Below, piece by piece: positions 1 through 6,853 of a DNA stretch of 37,801 nt. Every line of letters starts with the position of its first letter. The first letter of the stretch is position 1. Source of the stretch: a virus; the IMG/VR virus record IMGVR_UViG_3300031730_000014, positions 1 to 37,801 of that record; one strand, given 5' to 3'. Made by a program: the position numbers and the translations under genes. A model generated the notes under the pieces. It did no database searches and was not told the origin of the DNA. It saw nothing but the letters and a program-made list of their open reading frames with translations.

Positions 1-127
1 CCTGTCGTCGCAGCGCAGGTACTGGCCGGGCTGTCCGGGGATGGCCACGGGCGGCCAGCCGGGGGTGGCGCGCAGCTGGTGCGGCGGCTTCGGCTTAGCG
101 GCCTCGTCGAGCTCTCGGCGGGTGCGG
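1..127. repeat. Terminal direct repeat, copy A (identical to 37675..37801); most likely a circular-assembly overlap
   Basis: Base-by-base comparison shows that cctgtcgtcgcagcgcaggtactgg...gctctcggcgggtgcgg occurs at both ends. The repeat lies inside a coding frame. Confidence 0.9.
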
Positions 128-561
128 TGCCCGATGAGGTCGGGTGTGCGGCCGAGGTTCTTCAGCCAGGCAACGAGTTCTTCCTCGTCGCCGTACTTCC
201 GCCACATCTCCGCGGCCTCGAGGGCGCCCGCCAGCCGCCGGGGGTCGCCCGGGTCGAGGGCGATCCAGGCCTGGCTGCCGTACTTGGGGAAGTCGCGTGC
301 CGACCATGCGGCCTTGGCGTTCGCCCAGAGTTCGGTGAGCGCATCCGGATCGACGTCGATGGGCTCCGGCCCGGGACTGGGTGACGTCGAGTCACTCTGT
401 TCGCCGCAGCGCGCGGCGATGCAGTCGAGGGGGTCGCGGTGTCCGCAGTCGAACGGCTCGCAGCGGGCGGCCGCTTCACGGCGGTTCGTCAGCTGGGCCG
501 CGGTGCCGAGGGAGTCCAGCCGGATCGCGTGGATCGGCTGCGGCTCGGGGGTGCTGTTCAC
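1..561 (-). CDS. Hypothetical early protein; the gene is split by linearisation and its 3' end lies at 37663..37801
   Basis: The minus-strand frame is open to the left edge. GTG start at 561 (alternative TTG at 591). Translation reads VNSTPEPQPIHAIRLDSLGTAAQLTNRREAAARCEPFDCGHRDPLDCIAARCGE...WANAKAAWSARDFPKYGSQAWIALDPGDPRRLAGALEAAEMWRKYGDEEELVAWLKNLGRTPDLIGHRTRRELDEAAKPKPPHQLRATPGWPPVAIPGQPGQYLRCDDREAA. The composition is protein-like and I have no confident family assignment. Confidence 0.6.
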   Translation of the reverse strand, partial: MNSTPEPQPIHAIRLDSLGTAAQLTNRREAAARCEPFDCGHRDPLDCIAARCGEQSDSTSPSPGPEPIDVDPDALTELWANAKAAWSARDFPKYGSQAWIALDPGDPRRLAGALEAAEMWRKYGDEEELVAWLKNLGRTPDLIGHRTRRELDEAAKPKPPHQLRATPGWPPVAIPGQPGQYLRCDDR

Positions 562-648
562 GAACGGGCTCTTTTCGGTGAGCTGGATCAAGAGTTCGCG
601 GGGGTGCTGGCCGGGCGCGGCGGGGGGACGACGGCGCCCGGCCAGCGG

Positions 649-861
649 TCATGCGGCCTTGCGGAGCTGCTCGGCGACGGAGTCGGCCATCGCCGTGATG
701 GCGGCGCACCATCGGCGGCCGGCGGACAGGACGCTGCGAGGGCTCGGCTGGGCCTCGAGGTCGGCGCGGATCGCGTCGAGGGTCAGCTGCCGCTGAGCCC
801 GTTCCGCGGCGTACCGGAGACGGATGTCGTCGGACGGCGACTGGTCAGGGTGCGCTGTCAC
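649..861 (-). CDS. Hypothetical small protein (70 aa)
   Basis: GTG start preceded by GAGGAGG, overlapping the upstream stop (GTGA). Sequence VTAHPDQSPSDDIRLRYAAERAQRQLTLDAIRADLEAQPSPRSVLSAGRRWCAAITAMADSVAEQLRKAA. The listed 229-aa ORF is an Arg/Pro-rich over-extension. Confidence 0.55.
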   Translation of the reverse strand: MTAHPDQSPSDDIRLRYAAERAQRQLTLDAIRADLEAQPSPRSVLSAGRRWCAAITAMADSVAEQLRKAA

Positions 862-1049
862 GGCCCCTCCTCGCGGTCGGTGGGCCAGCCGGGGCCGGGC
901 GGGAACTCGGGCAGTCCGCGCAGGGCGCGAGGGGTGTGGGCCGGGCAGCGCAGGCCGGTGACGAATCGGCGGATGCCGTCGGCCTCCCGACAGTGCCGCT
1001 GTTCGGCGCCGATCCAGTGCGTGCACTCGGGGCGCGTCGTCTCCTTCAC
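858..1049 (-). CDS. Hypothetical small Cys/His-containing protein (63 aa)
   Basis: ATG start overlaps the upstream stop (ATGA). Sequence MKETTRPECTHWIGAEQRHCREADGIRRFVTGLRCPAHTPRALRGLPEFPPGPGWPTDREEGP. Confidence 0.55.
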   Translation of the reverse strand: MKETTRPECTHWIGAEQRHCREADGIRRFVTGLRCPAHTPRALRGLPEFPPGPGWPTDREEGP

Positions 1050-1219
1050 GCCGCCTCCCGTACTGCGGGCGCGTGGAAGGCAGCGCGGATCTGCGCACGT
1101 TGGTCGTCTGTGAGGGGCGGCGCCTGGTCGACGATGCGGGCGACGCGCGCCCAGTAGGCGGCGTTGCGGCGGTCGTCGTCGAAGCGGGCAGGCCGGACCG
1201 AAGGGCGCGGTGAGACCAC
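1046..1219 (-). CDS. Hypothetical small protein (57 aa)
   Basis: GTG start lies 5 nt after GGGAGA. Sequence VVSPRPSVRPARFDDDRRNAAYWARVARIVDQAPPLTDDQRAQIRAAFHAPAVREAA. It is the first gene after a 149-nt gap that contains a hairpin. The upstream part of the listed 164-aa ORF is Arg-rich junk. Confidence 0.55.
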   Translation of the reverse strand: MVSPRPSVRPARFDDDRRNAAYWARVARIVDQAPPLTDDQRAQIRAAFHAPAVREAA

Positions 1220-1313
1220 ACAGTTCTCCCTAAACTGTTGAGGCCCCGCGCCTGTCTCCAAGGACAGCACAGATCCTTGAGGGTGTTCCCCCCGCTCGGT
1301 GTTGGCCGGGCGG

Positions 1314-1344
1314 CCGGGGGTGCCCACGAGCTGCGCACCCCCGG
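1314..1344 (-). terminator. Hairpin downstream of CDS 1369..1821
   Basis: Perfect 10-bp stem CCGGGGGTGC (1314-1323) / GCACCCCCGG (1335-1344), about 25 nt after the stop codon on the minus strand. Confidence 0.45.
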
Positions 1345-1368
1345 CGGCCGCGGTGTTCTCCGAGCTCG

Positions 1369-1821
1369 TCACGCCCGGGCCGCCTGCTCGATGGCGTCGT
1401 TTACGGCGTTGGCGACAGCGCTGACGCGCTGGACGGGGTCCTGGCCGAGGGGTACGACGACGACCAGCTGTCCGTTCTCGACGTAGGCGGCGGCCGCGAA
1501 CCTGGCGCGCAGCAGAGGGTCGGCGACGTCGGTGTCCCATTCCTCCAGCCGCGCGTGATGCTCGGCGAGGATTGCGGCGAGGGTGTCGCGGGCCTCGAAC
1601 TCGCGGGCCAGGCGCTCCATCCGGTCGAGCTGCGCTCTGGCGTCGGAGACCATGCCCAGGAACCGGGCCGGGCTGACCGGCTCGCAGGCCATGTCCTCGG
1701 TGGTGACACAGAAGGTGTCGGGCCCGCCCTCGATGTCCTTCCAGACCTCGGCTTCGAGGACGAGGCGAACGCGCTGTTCGGCCTGGGGCGACGGCATCGT
1801 TGCCGTCATGGGAAGCTTCAT
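1369..1821 (-). CDS. Hypothetical protein (150 aa)
   Basis: ATG ORF with acidic/helical composition: MKLPMTATMPSPQAEQRVRLVLEAEVWKDIEGGPDTFCVTTEDMACEPVSPARFLGMVSDARAQLDRMERLAREFEARD... An internal Met start is possible. Confidence 0.6.
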   Translation of the reverse strand: MKLPMTATMPSPQAEQRVRLVLEAEVWKDIEGGPDTFCVTTEDMACEPVSPARFLGMVSDARAQLDRMERLAREFEARDTLAAILAEHHARLEEWDTDVADPLLRARFAAAAYVENGQLVVVVPLGQDPVQRVSAVANAVNDAIEQAARA

Positions 1822-1871
1822 GTGAGCTGTTCCGATCTCATCGCATGGGTTCGTGGATTTGCTCGACTGGA

Positions 1872-1894
1872 GGGGCCGCCTCGCACGCGGCCCC
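1872..1894 (-). terminator. Hairpin between the Xis-like gene and the next gene
   Basis: 8-bp stem GGGGCCGC / GCGGCCCC with a 7-nt loop, in the 135-nt gap 1822..1956. Confidence 0.35.
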
Positions 1895-1956
1895 TTCGCC
1901 GTTTCCGGCCGCCGATCCCACCTCGCACGTGGGACCGACGCCGTTCTCCTCGGCGA

Positions 1957-2142
1957 TCACGCCGCCTTCTCGCGCTCGGCGAGCCAGGCGTCGACGGCCG
2001 TGCGGTAGTAGACGACGTCCCGGCCGAGCCGGAAGCCGGCCGGGCCGACCTTGCGGTGGCGCCATCCGCGGATGGTGTTCACCGGTTTGTTGAGGTACTG
2101 GGCGAGCTGCTTCGTTGTGAGCAGCTCAAGAGTCTGAGTCAT
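1957..2142 (-). CDS. Excisionase/MerR-type helix-turn-helix DNA-binding protein (61 aa); candidate Cro-like regulator or recombination directionality factor
   Basis: ATG at 2142 with GGAG about 10 nt upstream. MTQTLELLTTKQLAQYLNKPVNTIRGWRHRKVGPAGFRLGRDVVYYRTAVDAWLAEREKAA matches the Xis/AlpA-type HTH pattern (LT..E.A..L.V...T...W...G..P..R.G....Y....V..WL). It is divergent from the XRE gene. Confidence 0.8.
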   Translation of the reverse strand: MTQTLELLTTKQLAQYLNKPVNTIRGWRHRKVGPAGFRLGRDVVYYRTAVDAWLAEREKAA

Positions 2143-2363
2143 GGGCTGTACTCCGTTGTGGCTGAGCAACGCCGTTGTGGTTAGCGTTGCGAGCTGACCC
2201 ACAACATACGCAACGTTATGACCAACGTCAACCACAATGTTGCGGGTGTTCTGGACATTGTGGGTGATCTTGAGGGCGAGGCCCAAAGTTGCACTAGCGC
2301 TGCGGGCCAACGTTGTGGATGCTGTACCTCGACGCTGACCAACGTTGAGGAGGATTGAGCAAC
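2143..2363. promoter_or_regulatory. Divergent switch region with repeated operator-like motifs
   Basis: Seven copies of (G/A)TTGTGG or its complement: 2155-2161, 2174-2180, 2199-2205, 2232-2238, 2257-2263, 2312-2318 and 2368-2374. Palindrome CAACGTTG at 2308-2315 and 2340-2347, with near copies at 2211-2218 and 2223-2230. G+C is lower than the surrounding sequence. Confidence 0.6.
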
Positions 2364-3230
2364 ATGGCCACAACAAAGGACCCCAAGGCGTGGGCTGCCC
2401 TCGGTGAAGTGATCGCTGAGCGGCGGAAGCAGATGGGCTGGGACCAGCGAGAGCTTGCTGAGGCGGCGGGCATCTCCGAGAACACGGTCAGCAACTACGA
2501 ACGGGGCCGGGTCCCTGCCCGCGGCAAGGTGCCGGCGGGCTACTACCGGGTGGAGAAGGCCCTCAAGTTCGGCCGTGGCAGCATCGACCAGATCCTGGCG
2601 GGCGGTGGCCCGACCTTCGCGGTGGAAGGCCGGGCAGATACGCGCCTCACGCTGCGAGATCCGGACGAAATTGACGACCCTCTGCTCCGTGCCGTCATTC
2701 CCAAGATTCAAGAGGCTATGGAGCTTGAGCAAGTTGCCATGGCATTCGCCGACTTGGCGTCGCGCTGGAACGCCTCAGATGAGTTGATCGAGCGTTACAA
2801 GTCGGCAACGTCAGATCTACTCGGAAACATGTTCAGCCCGGGGCACGGGCCGATTGAGGTGCAGCGGTACCACGAGGCAATGGCGGCCGGAAAAGTCTCC
2901 AACGAAAACATGGAGAAGCGTCCCGACCTGGGATGGTTCGCCCTGGGGGTGGACCTGGAAGGCGCTCGAGACGACCTTGGTGACATCCTTCGGAAGGCCC
3001 GATACGGGGCGGGTATGGAGTTTGAAGACCTGAGCCTGGCTTCGAAGGTGCCGGTAAGGATCATCGAATACATCGAGGCGAGCAGGTTCGATTTTCCGGG
3101 CGCATTCATGCACGCGCCTGTCTATATCCAGCTCATGGCGGACGCTCTTGGTCTGGATGCTGAGCCCCTTATTGAGCGATTCAAGGCAGAGCATGCAGAA
3201 CCTGAGACTCCGTCGGAAGACGAGGGCTAG
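2364..3230 (+). CDS. XRE-family HTH transcriptional regulator (repressor candidate) with a second, RodZ/HTH_25-like C-terminal HTH
   Basis: ATG at 2364, 11 nt after GAGGAGG (the track start at 2355 is a TTG abutting the RBS). N-terminal GWDQRELAEAAGISENTVSNYERG is a classic XRE HTH. The C-terminal MEFEDLSLASKVPVRIIEYIEASRFDFPGAFMHAPVYIQLMADALGLD resembles the RodZ-type HTH. Confidence 0.85.
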   Translation: MATTKDPKAWAALGEVIAERRKQMGWDQRELAEAAGISENTVSNYERGRVPARGKVPAGYYRVEKALKFGRGSIDQILAGGGPTFAVEGRADTRLTLRDPDEIDDPLLRAVIPKIQEAMELEQVAMAFADLASRWNASDELIERYKSATSDLLGNMFSPGHGPIEVQRYHEAMAAGKVSNENMEKRPDLGWFALGVDLEGARDDLGDILRKARYGAGMEFEDLSLASKVPVRIIEYIEASRFDFPGAFMHAPVYIQLMADALGLDAEPLIERFKAEHAEPETPSEDEG

Positions 3231-4735
3231 CTCGCACCCCGCTTCCACGCGAAGTCAACAGCCTCGTAGTCGAAGTACCCGCCGTCGGGCATGCGTCCGG
3301 GCCGCGGCGTCTTCAGCGTCACCTCGACGAGACCTCGCAGCACGTTTCGCTGTCGGTCCAGCTCCAGCGCACGCCAGGCCTTACGCACGTCCGGCGCCCC
3401 CACCAGGCCGACGAGCGGGTCCTGGGTTGCCGCCCTGGCCAGCTGCCGCGTGACGCCCTCCAGCTGCCCGCGGGCCGTGTCCATGCCCTCGGTGAACGGC
3501 CCCAGCTCCAACCGGCCGGCGCCGAACATGCCACCGAGATCCTTCATGCGCTGCCGGATCTCCTCGGCCTCCGCCTGGAGCCCAGCCACGTTCACGTCTT
3601 CCGGGCCGGGCAGCAACAGGTCGTGCGCATCGGCGCGTGACAGCCGCTCGACGATGACGTCCTCGACGTACTGGTCCACGATCTCCGCCCGGCGGCCGCC
3701 GCCATGGCCGGTCGGGCAGCGGTACGACGGATACGACCGCCCGCCGGACTGGGTGACGGTCACGCCCTTCCCGCATCCGTCGCGGCCGCACAGGTACAGC
3801 AGCGAGCCAACCCACTTCGGCTGCGCCCCGCGGTTCACCGTGCGGCCCGGGTCGGACAGGATCGCCACGACGGCCCTGAACTTCGCCTCGTCGACGATCG
3901 CCTCCCACTTCCCCGGGCCGACCTCCTCGCCCTTGTAGACGGCGATCCCCGCGTTCCTGGGGCGCAGCAGCATGTCCCGCATGTCGGTGTGCGTGACCGG
4001 ATTCCCTCTCGTGGTGAGCACACCCTTGTCGGCGCACCACTTCACGAGCGAACGGATCGAGCCGCCGGACAGAATCTCGTCCGTCCAAAACCGCAGCGCC
4101 TCGGCCTCCTCGGGCACGACCTTCGTCATGTCCAGCTCGTCGACCTCGACCTCCTCGCGGGTCTTCCGGTCGATCTTCTTGCACTTCTCACCGGTGGGCA
4201 CGCCCCACCCGAACGGCCGGATGCCGCCCGCCCATTCACCCGCCATGGCCTTCTGCTGTCGGGCACGAGCAACGCGGGCGCCCTTGTGTTCGGACTCCAG
4301 ACGGGCGACGACGCCCATGAACCGGGCCTGCGCCCTGCCGGTCGGGGTGACGAGGTCGAGGGCGCCGGCCTGCACGGTGTGCGTGGACACGCCGCGCTTC
4401 TCGCAGAGGTTGATGTACTCCTCCAGCTCCAGCGGGCTGCGATGCAACCGGTCGGTGTGCCAGACGATGACCACGGTTGCCGCCCCCTGGTCAAGGTCGG
4501 CGAGCATCTGCTGATAGCCCTTGCGCCTCTTCCCGGAGAAGGCGCTCACGTCGTTGTCGACGTACACCTCGACGACGTCCCAGCCGTTACGTTCCGCGAG
4601 GGCCTCGCAGTCCTCGCGCTGCCGGTCGACGCCGAGGCCGGCGCCCGTGCGGTCCTGGCTGATGCGGCAGTAGACGACCGCGCGCGTCCGGCTGACAGCC
4701 GTTGAGGTGGACTTCATCCCCCGAGTGTGGCCCAA
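3227..4735 (-). CDS. int: Large serine recombinase (phage integrase)
   Basis: Resolvase catalytic domain AVVYCRISQDRTGAGLGVDRQREDCEALAERNGW...VVIVWHTDRLHRS, followed by a recombinase domain, a zinc ribbon CGRDGCGKGV...YRCPTGH and a C-terminal coiled-coil region. Start is TTG at 4735 or ATG at 4717. Confidence 0.93.
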   Translation of the reverse strand: MGHTRGMKSTSTAVSRTRAVVYCRISQDRTGAGLGVDRQREDCEALAERNGWDVVEVYVDNDVSAFSGKRRKGYQQMLADLDQGAATVVIVWHTDRLHRSPLELEEYINLCEKRGVSTHTVQAGALDLVTPTGRAQARFMGVVARLESEHKGARVARARQQKAMAGEWAGGIRPFGWGVPTGEKCKKIDRKTREEVEVDELDMTKVVPEEAEALRFWTDEILSGGSIRSLVKWCADKGVLTTRGNPVTHTDMRDMLLRPRNAGIAVYKGEEVGPGKWEAIVDEAKFRAVVAILSDPGRTVNRGAQPKWVGSLLYLCGRDGCGKGVTVTQSGGRSYPSYRCPTGHGGGRRAEIVDQYVEDVIVERLSRADAHDLLLPGPEDVNVAGLQAEAEEIRQRMKDLGGMFGAGRLELGPFTEGMDTARGQLEGVTRQLARAATQDPLVGLVGAPDVRKAWRALELDRQRNVLRGLVEVTLKTPRPGRMPDGGYFDYEAVDFAWKRGAS

Positions 4736-4828
4736 CAGTGGTGTCTCTGTCCCGGGTTCGGGAACCCCGATATGAGCCTATGACGCCACTAGGTAATGGT
4801 CACGCGGGGTTACCGGTACAGGGGGAGG
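4736..4828. other. Candidate attP and integrase promoter region
   Basis: A 93-nt gap immediately upstream of the serine integrase gene. It contains GGGTTC-GG-GAACCC (4754-4767), GGTAA-N13-TTACC (4792-4814) and the palindrome TACCGGTA (4811-4818). Confidence 0.4.
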
Positions 4829-5062
4829 CTAGTCACCGTCGTCGATAGCCAGTTCTTCGATCGCCTTGATCATCTGCCGGACACCCTGTAGGTCGTCGCC
4901 GAATTCCGCCCAGATCTTGAACGATCCGCCAGGCTTCTGCGTGATCTCGAAGCGATGGCCGTTCCCCTCGGCATCCCTGACCAGTTCCTGGACGTCGGCA
5001 GGGGCGGCATCCTCAAGTTCCAGTTCGACCCTGGTCTTTACGGCCATTTTCGTCAGCCTCAT
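4829..5062 (-). CDS. Hypothetical acidic protein (77 aa)
   Basis: ATG at 5062, 4 nt after GGAGG. Sequence MRLTKMAVKTRVELELEDAAPADVQELVRDAEGNGHRFEITQKPGGSFKIWAEFGDDLQGVRQMIKAIEELAIDDGD. Confidence 0.6.
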   Translation of the reverse strand: MRLTKMAVKTRVELELEDAAPADVQELVRDAEGNGHRFEITQKPGGSFKIWAEFGDDLQGVRQMIKAIEELAIDDGD

Positions 5063-5121
5063 GGCGCCTCCAGCTTGGGCTACCGCCAGTCTGCGCCGCA
5101 CCTTGCGTCCCCGCACATGGA

Positions 5122-5207
5122 GCGGCCCCGGTCGGCGAGGGGGTCAGCCGACCGGGGCCGCGAGACCGCCCGTCCTCCAGGTGCTCACGGGGTACGAGGA
5201 CGGGCGG
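5122..5207 (-). terminator. Two tandem strong hairpins downstream of CDS 5211..5579
   Basis: Perfect 15-bp stem GCGGCCCCGGTCGGC (5122-5136) / GCCGACCGGGGCCGC (5147-5161), and perfect 12-bp stem CCGCCCGTCCTC (5166-5177) / GAGGACGGGCGG (5196-5207). They begin 4 nt after the stop codon. Confidence 0.7.
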
Positions 5208-5210
5208 GGA

Positions 5211-5579
5211 TCACGAACGCTCGGAGGTAGCGACCCTGGCGAGGGCTTCCCAGTGGTCGCACAGGGCGTTGAGGGTGCGGGCGAGGCGCCGGGTGTGGCC
5301 GGCGGGTCCGCCGTACCTGCGGGTGGGCTCGGAGCGGAGCCGCTCGCGGGCCTCGCCGACGCTGACGAGCGCGCAGTACCGGGGGATGCTCTCGGCCGGG
5401 AGCCGCTTCGCTGCCTGCTCGACCTCGGGCAGCATCAGCGCTAGGTGCCCGCGCAGCTGGAGGGTGAGCGTCTCCAACTCGCCGGGGACCGGCGGGAGAG
5501 CCTGGGGTACGGCGTCCGGGTCGAGGAGCCGGTCGATCACGTCCCGCATGGTCTCGATGTCCGGCGGTTCGGCTTTCAT
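5211..5579 (-). CDS. Small helical protein (122 aa) resembling Streptomyces DUF6415-type proteins
   Basis: ATG at 5579, 7 nt after AGGAG, with an ATGA overlap onto the upstream gene. Sequence MKAEPPDIETMRDVIDRLLDPDAVPQALPPVPGELETLTLQLRGHLALMLPEVEQAAKRLPAESIPRYCALVSVGEARERLRSEP...RLARTLNALCDHWEAL. The family call is from memory. Confidence 0.6.
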   Translation of the reverse strand: MKAEPPDIETMRDVIDRLLDPDAVPQALPPVPGELETLTLQLRGHLALMLPEVEQAAKRLPAESIPRYCALVSVGEARERLRSEPTRRYGGPAGHTRRLARTLNALCDHWEALARVATSERS

Positions 5580-5914
5580 CGCTTCACTCCTAACTGAGCC
5601 CACAGCCCGCATCCGTCGGTGGCGACTCCCGTGAGGTCGGCCAGGCCGCTGATGATCTGCCAGCCGGGCCCGTGGCTGCTGAGCAGGGGGAGCGGGTCCG
5701 GGCCGTCTGCCGTGATGCGGATGCGGTTGCCCGCGGTCCAGATCCCCATCTCGATGACGGGGGCTCCGGAGTGCAGGACGGCGACGTACAGCTCATGCGC
5801 GAGGAGCGGGGCATCGGGGTGCTTCACGCGGCCGCGGGTCCAGAGGCGGACGTGGGCCGCCTCGATGGGCTTGGCCTTGAAGGGCTTGCGCCAGGTATGA
5901 CCCGACTCGGGCAT
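5576..5914 (-). CDS. Anti-sigma-factor/RsbW-like HATPase-fold 'ATP-binding protein' (112 aa, motifs degenerate)
   Basis: ATG at 5914 after GGGGGA. MPESGHTWRKPFKAKPIEAAHVRLWTRGRVKHPDAPLLAHELYVAVLHSGAPVIEMGIWTAGNRIRITADGPDPLPLLSSHGPGWQIISGLADLTGVATDGCGLWAQLG follows the layout of Streptomyces HATPase_c_2 proteins, but the N-box and G-box residues are weak. Confidence 0.55.
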   Translation of the reverse strand: MPESGHTWRKPFKAKPIEAAHVRLWTRGRVKHPDAPLLAHELYVAVLHSGAPVIEMGIWTAGNRIRITADGPDPLPLLSSHGPGWQIISGLADLTGVATDGCGLWAQLGVKR

Positions 5915-6012
5915 AGCTGTCCCCCGGAGACAGTGGTTATCTGAATACGGTAACTGCCTTTGTGTATTCAGATTGTCGCCGGGATTGGCGTTGGTCAAGT
6001 GGAAGGGCGATT
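5915..6012. promoter_or_regulatory. Divergent promoter/operator region of the GntR cassette
   Basis: Perfect 10-bp inverted repeat ATCTGAATAC (5939-5948) / GTATTCAGAT (5964-5973) with a 15-nt spacer. GTATAC at 6017-6022 lies just inside the GntR gene. Confidence 0.55.
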
Positions 6013-6816
6013 ATGCGTATACAGATTGACGCGATCAGTGGAAGCGGGAGCATCGCTGTGGCACAGCCTGAGTACCTGCGGATCGCCGCCGACCTGCGGC
6101 GCCGCATCGCACCCGGCGGCGAGTACGGACCCGGCGACCGCATCCCCACCCTCCCCGAACTCTGCGAGCAGTACGGCGTCTCAGAGATCACCGTCCGCAA
6201 CGCGCTGCGTCTCCTCACCAACGAGGGGCTCATCGAGTCCAGGGCCCGCGCAGGGACCATCGTCCGTGCCCGGCCGGCCATTCACCGGATGCCCGCCGAC
6301 CGCTACCGGTCCACGCCCGGCACCAAGTCGACGCCGTACACCAGGGATCAGGGCATCGGCTGGACCGAGTACCGCCTCGACAAGAGGTTCGAGCGCGTCC
6401 AGGCCGACGCTGAGCTGGCCGCCCTGTTTGAGTGCGAGGTGGGCGAGCGGCTCCTCGCCCGGCACTTCGTGTTCTACGACAACGACCAGCCCACCCAGAT
6501 GTCCATCAGCTACGTGCGGTGGTCGGACGTCGAGGGGACGCCGGTCGCCGACCCCATCAACGAGCCGTGGCCGGGCGGCACTCGGGCACAGATGGCGTCC
6601 CTCGGGATCCGCGTCACGGCGATCACCGAGTCTTTCCAGGCGGGCATGCCCACCGAGTTGGAGGCGGCGACGCTGCGCATCGGCTCGGGCGTTCCGGTCC
6701 TGCGGTACACGCGGCGCCACATCGCCGACACCGGCCGGATCGTCGAGGTCGCTCACCCGATCGTGCGCCGCGGAGACACCACCATCGTCGACTTCCGCAT
6801 CGACCTCGACGACTGA
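6013..6816 (+). CDS. GntR-family (HutC/UTRA-type) transcriptional regulator
   Basis: ATG at 6013 after GGAAGGG. The winged HTH is YLRIAADLRRRIAPGGEYGPGDRIPTLPELCEQYGVSEITVRNALRLLTNEGLIESRARAGTIV. The C-terminal UTRA-like domain is ...GERLLARHFVFYDNDQPTQMSISYV...VLRYTRRHIADTGRIVEVAHPIVRRGDTTIVDF. Confidence 0.9.
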   Translation: MRIQIDAISGSGSIAVAQPEYLRIAADLRRRIAPGGEYGPGDRIPTLPELCEQYGVSEITVRNALRLLTNEGLIESRARAGTIVRARPAIHRMPADRYRSTPGTKSTPYTRDQGIGWTEYRLDKRFERVQADAELAALFECEVGERLLARHFVFYDNDQPTQMSISYVRWSDVEGTPVADPINEPWPGGTRAQMASLGIRVTAITESFQAGMPTELEAATLRIGSGVPVLRYTRRHIADTGRIVEVAHPIVRRGDTTIVDFRIDLDD

Positions 6817-6853
6817 GGGGTCCGGACTGGTCCGTACCCCTGGACGCACGAAA

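Noticed and set aside
1-127. Reading the terminal 127-nt repeats as phage direct terminal repeats, LTRs or att sites
   Set aside because: The repeat is exact and lies inside a continuous ORF that reads through the junction. Its length also equals a common assembler k-mer, so a circularisation overlap is the simpler explanation. This still needs read-level confirmation.
858-1049. WhiB-like regulator call for the small Cys-containing protein
   Set aside because: It has only three Cys, no CxxC motif and none of the characteristic WhiB C-terminal turn or basic tail. I left it as hypothetical.
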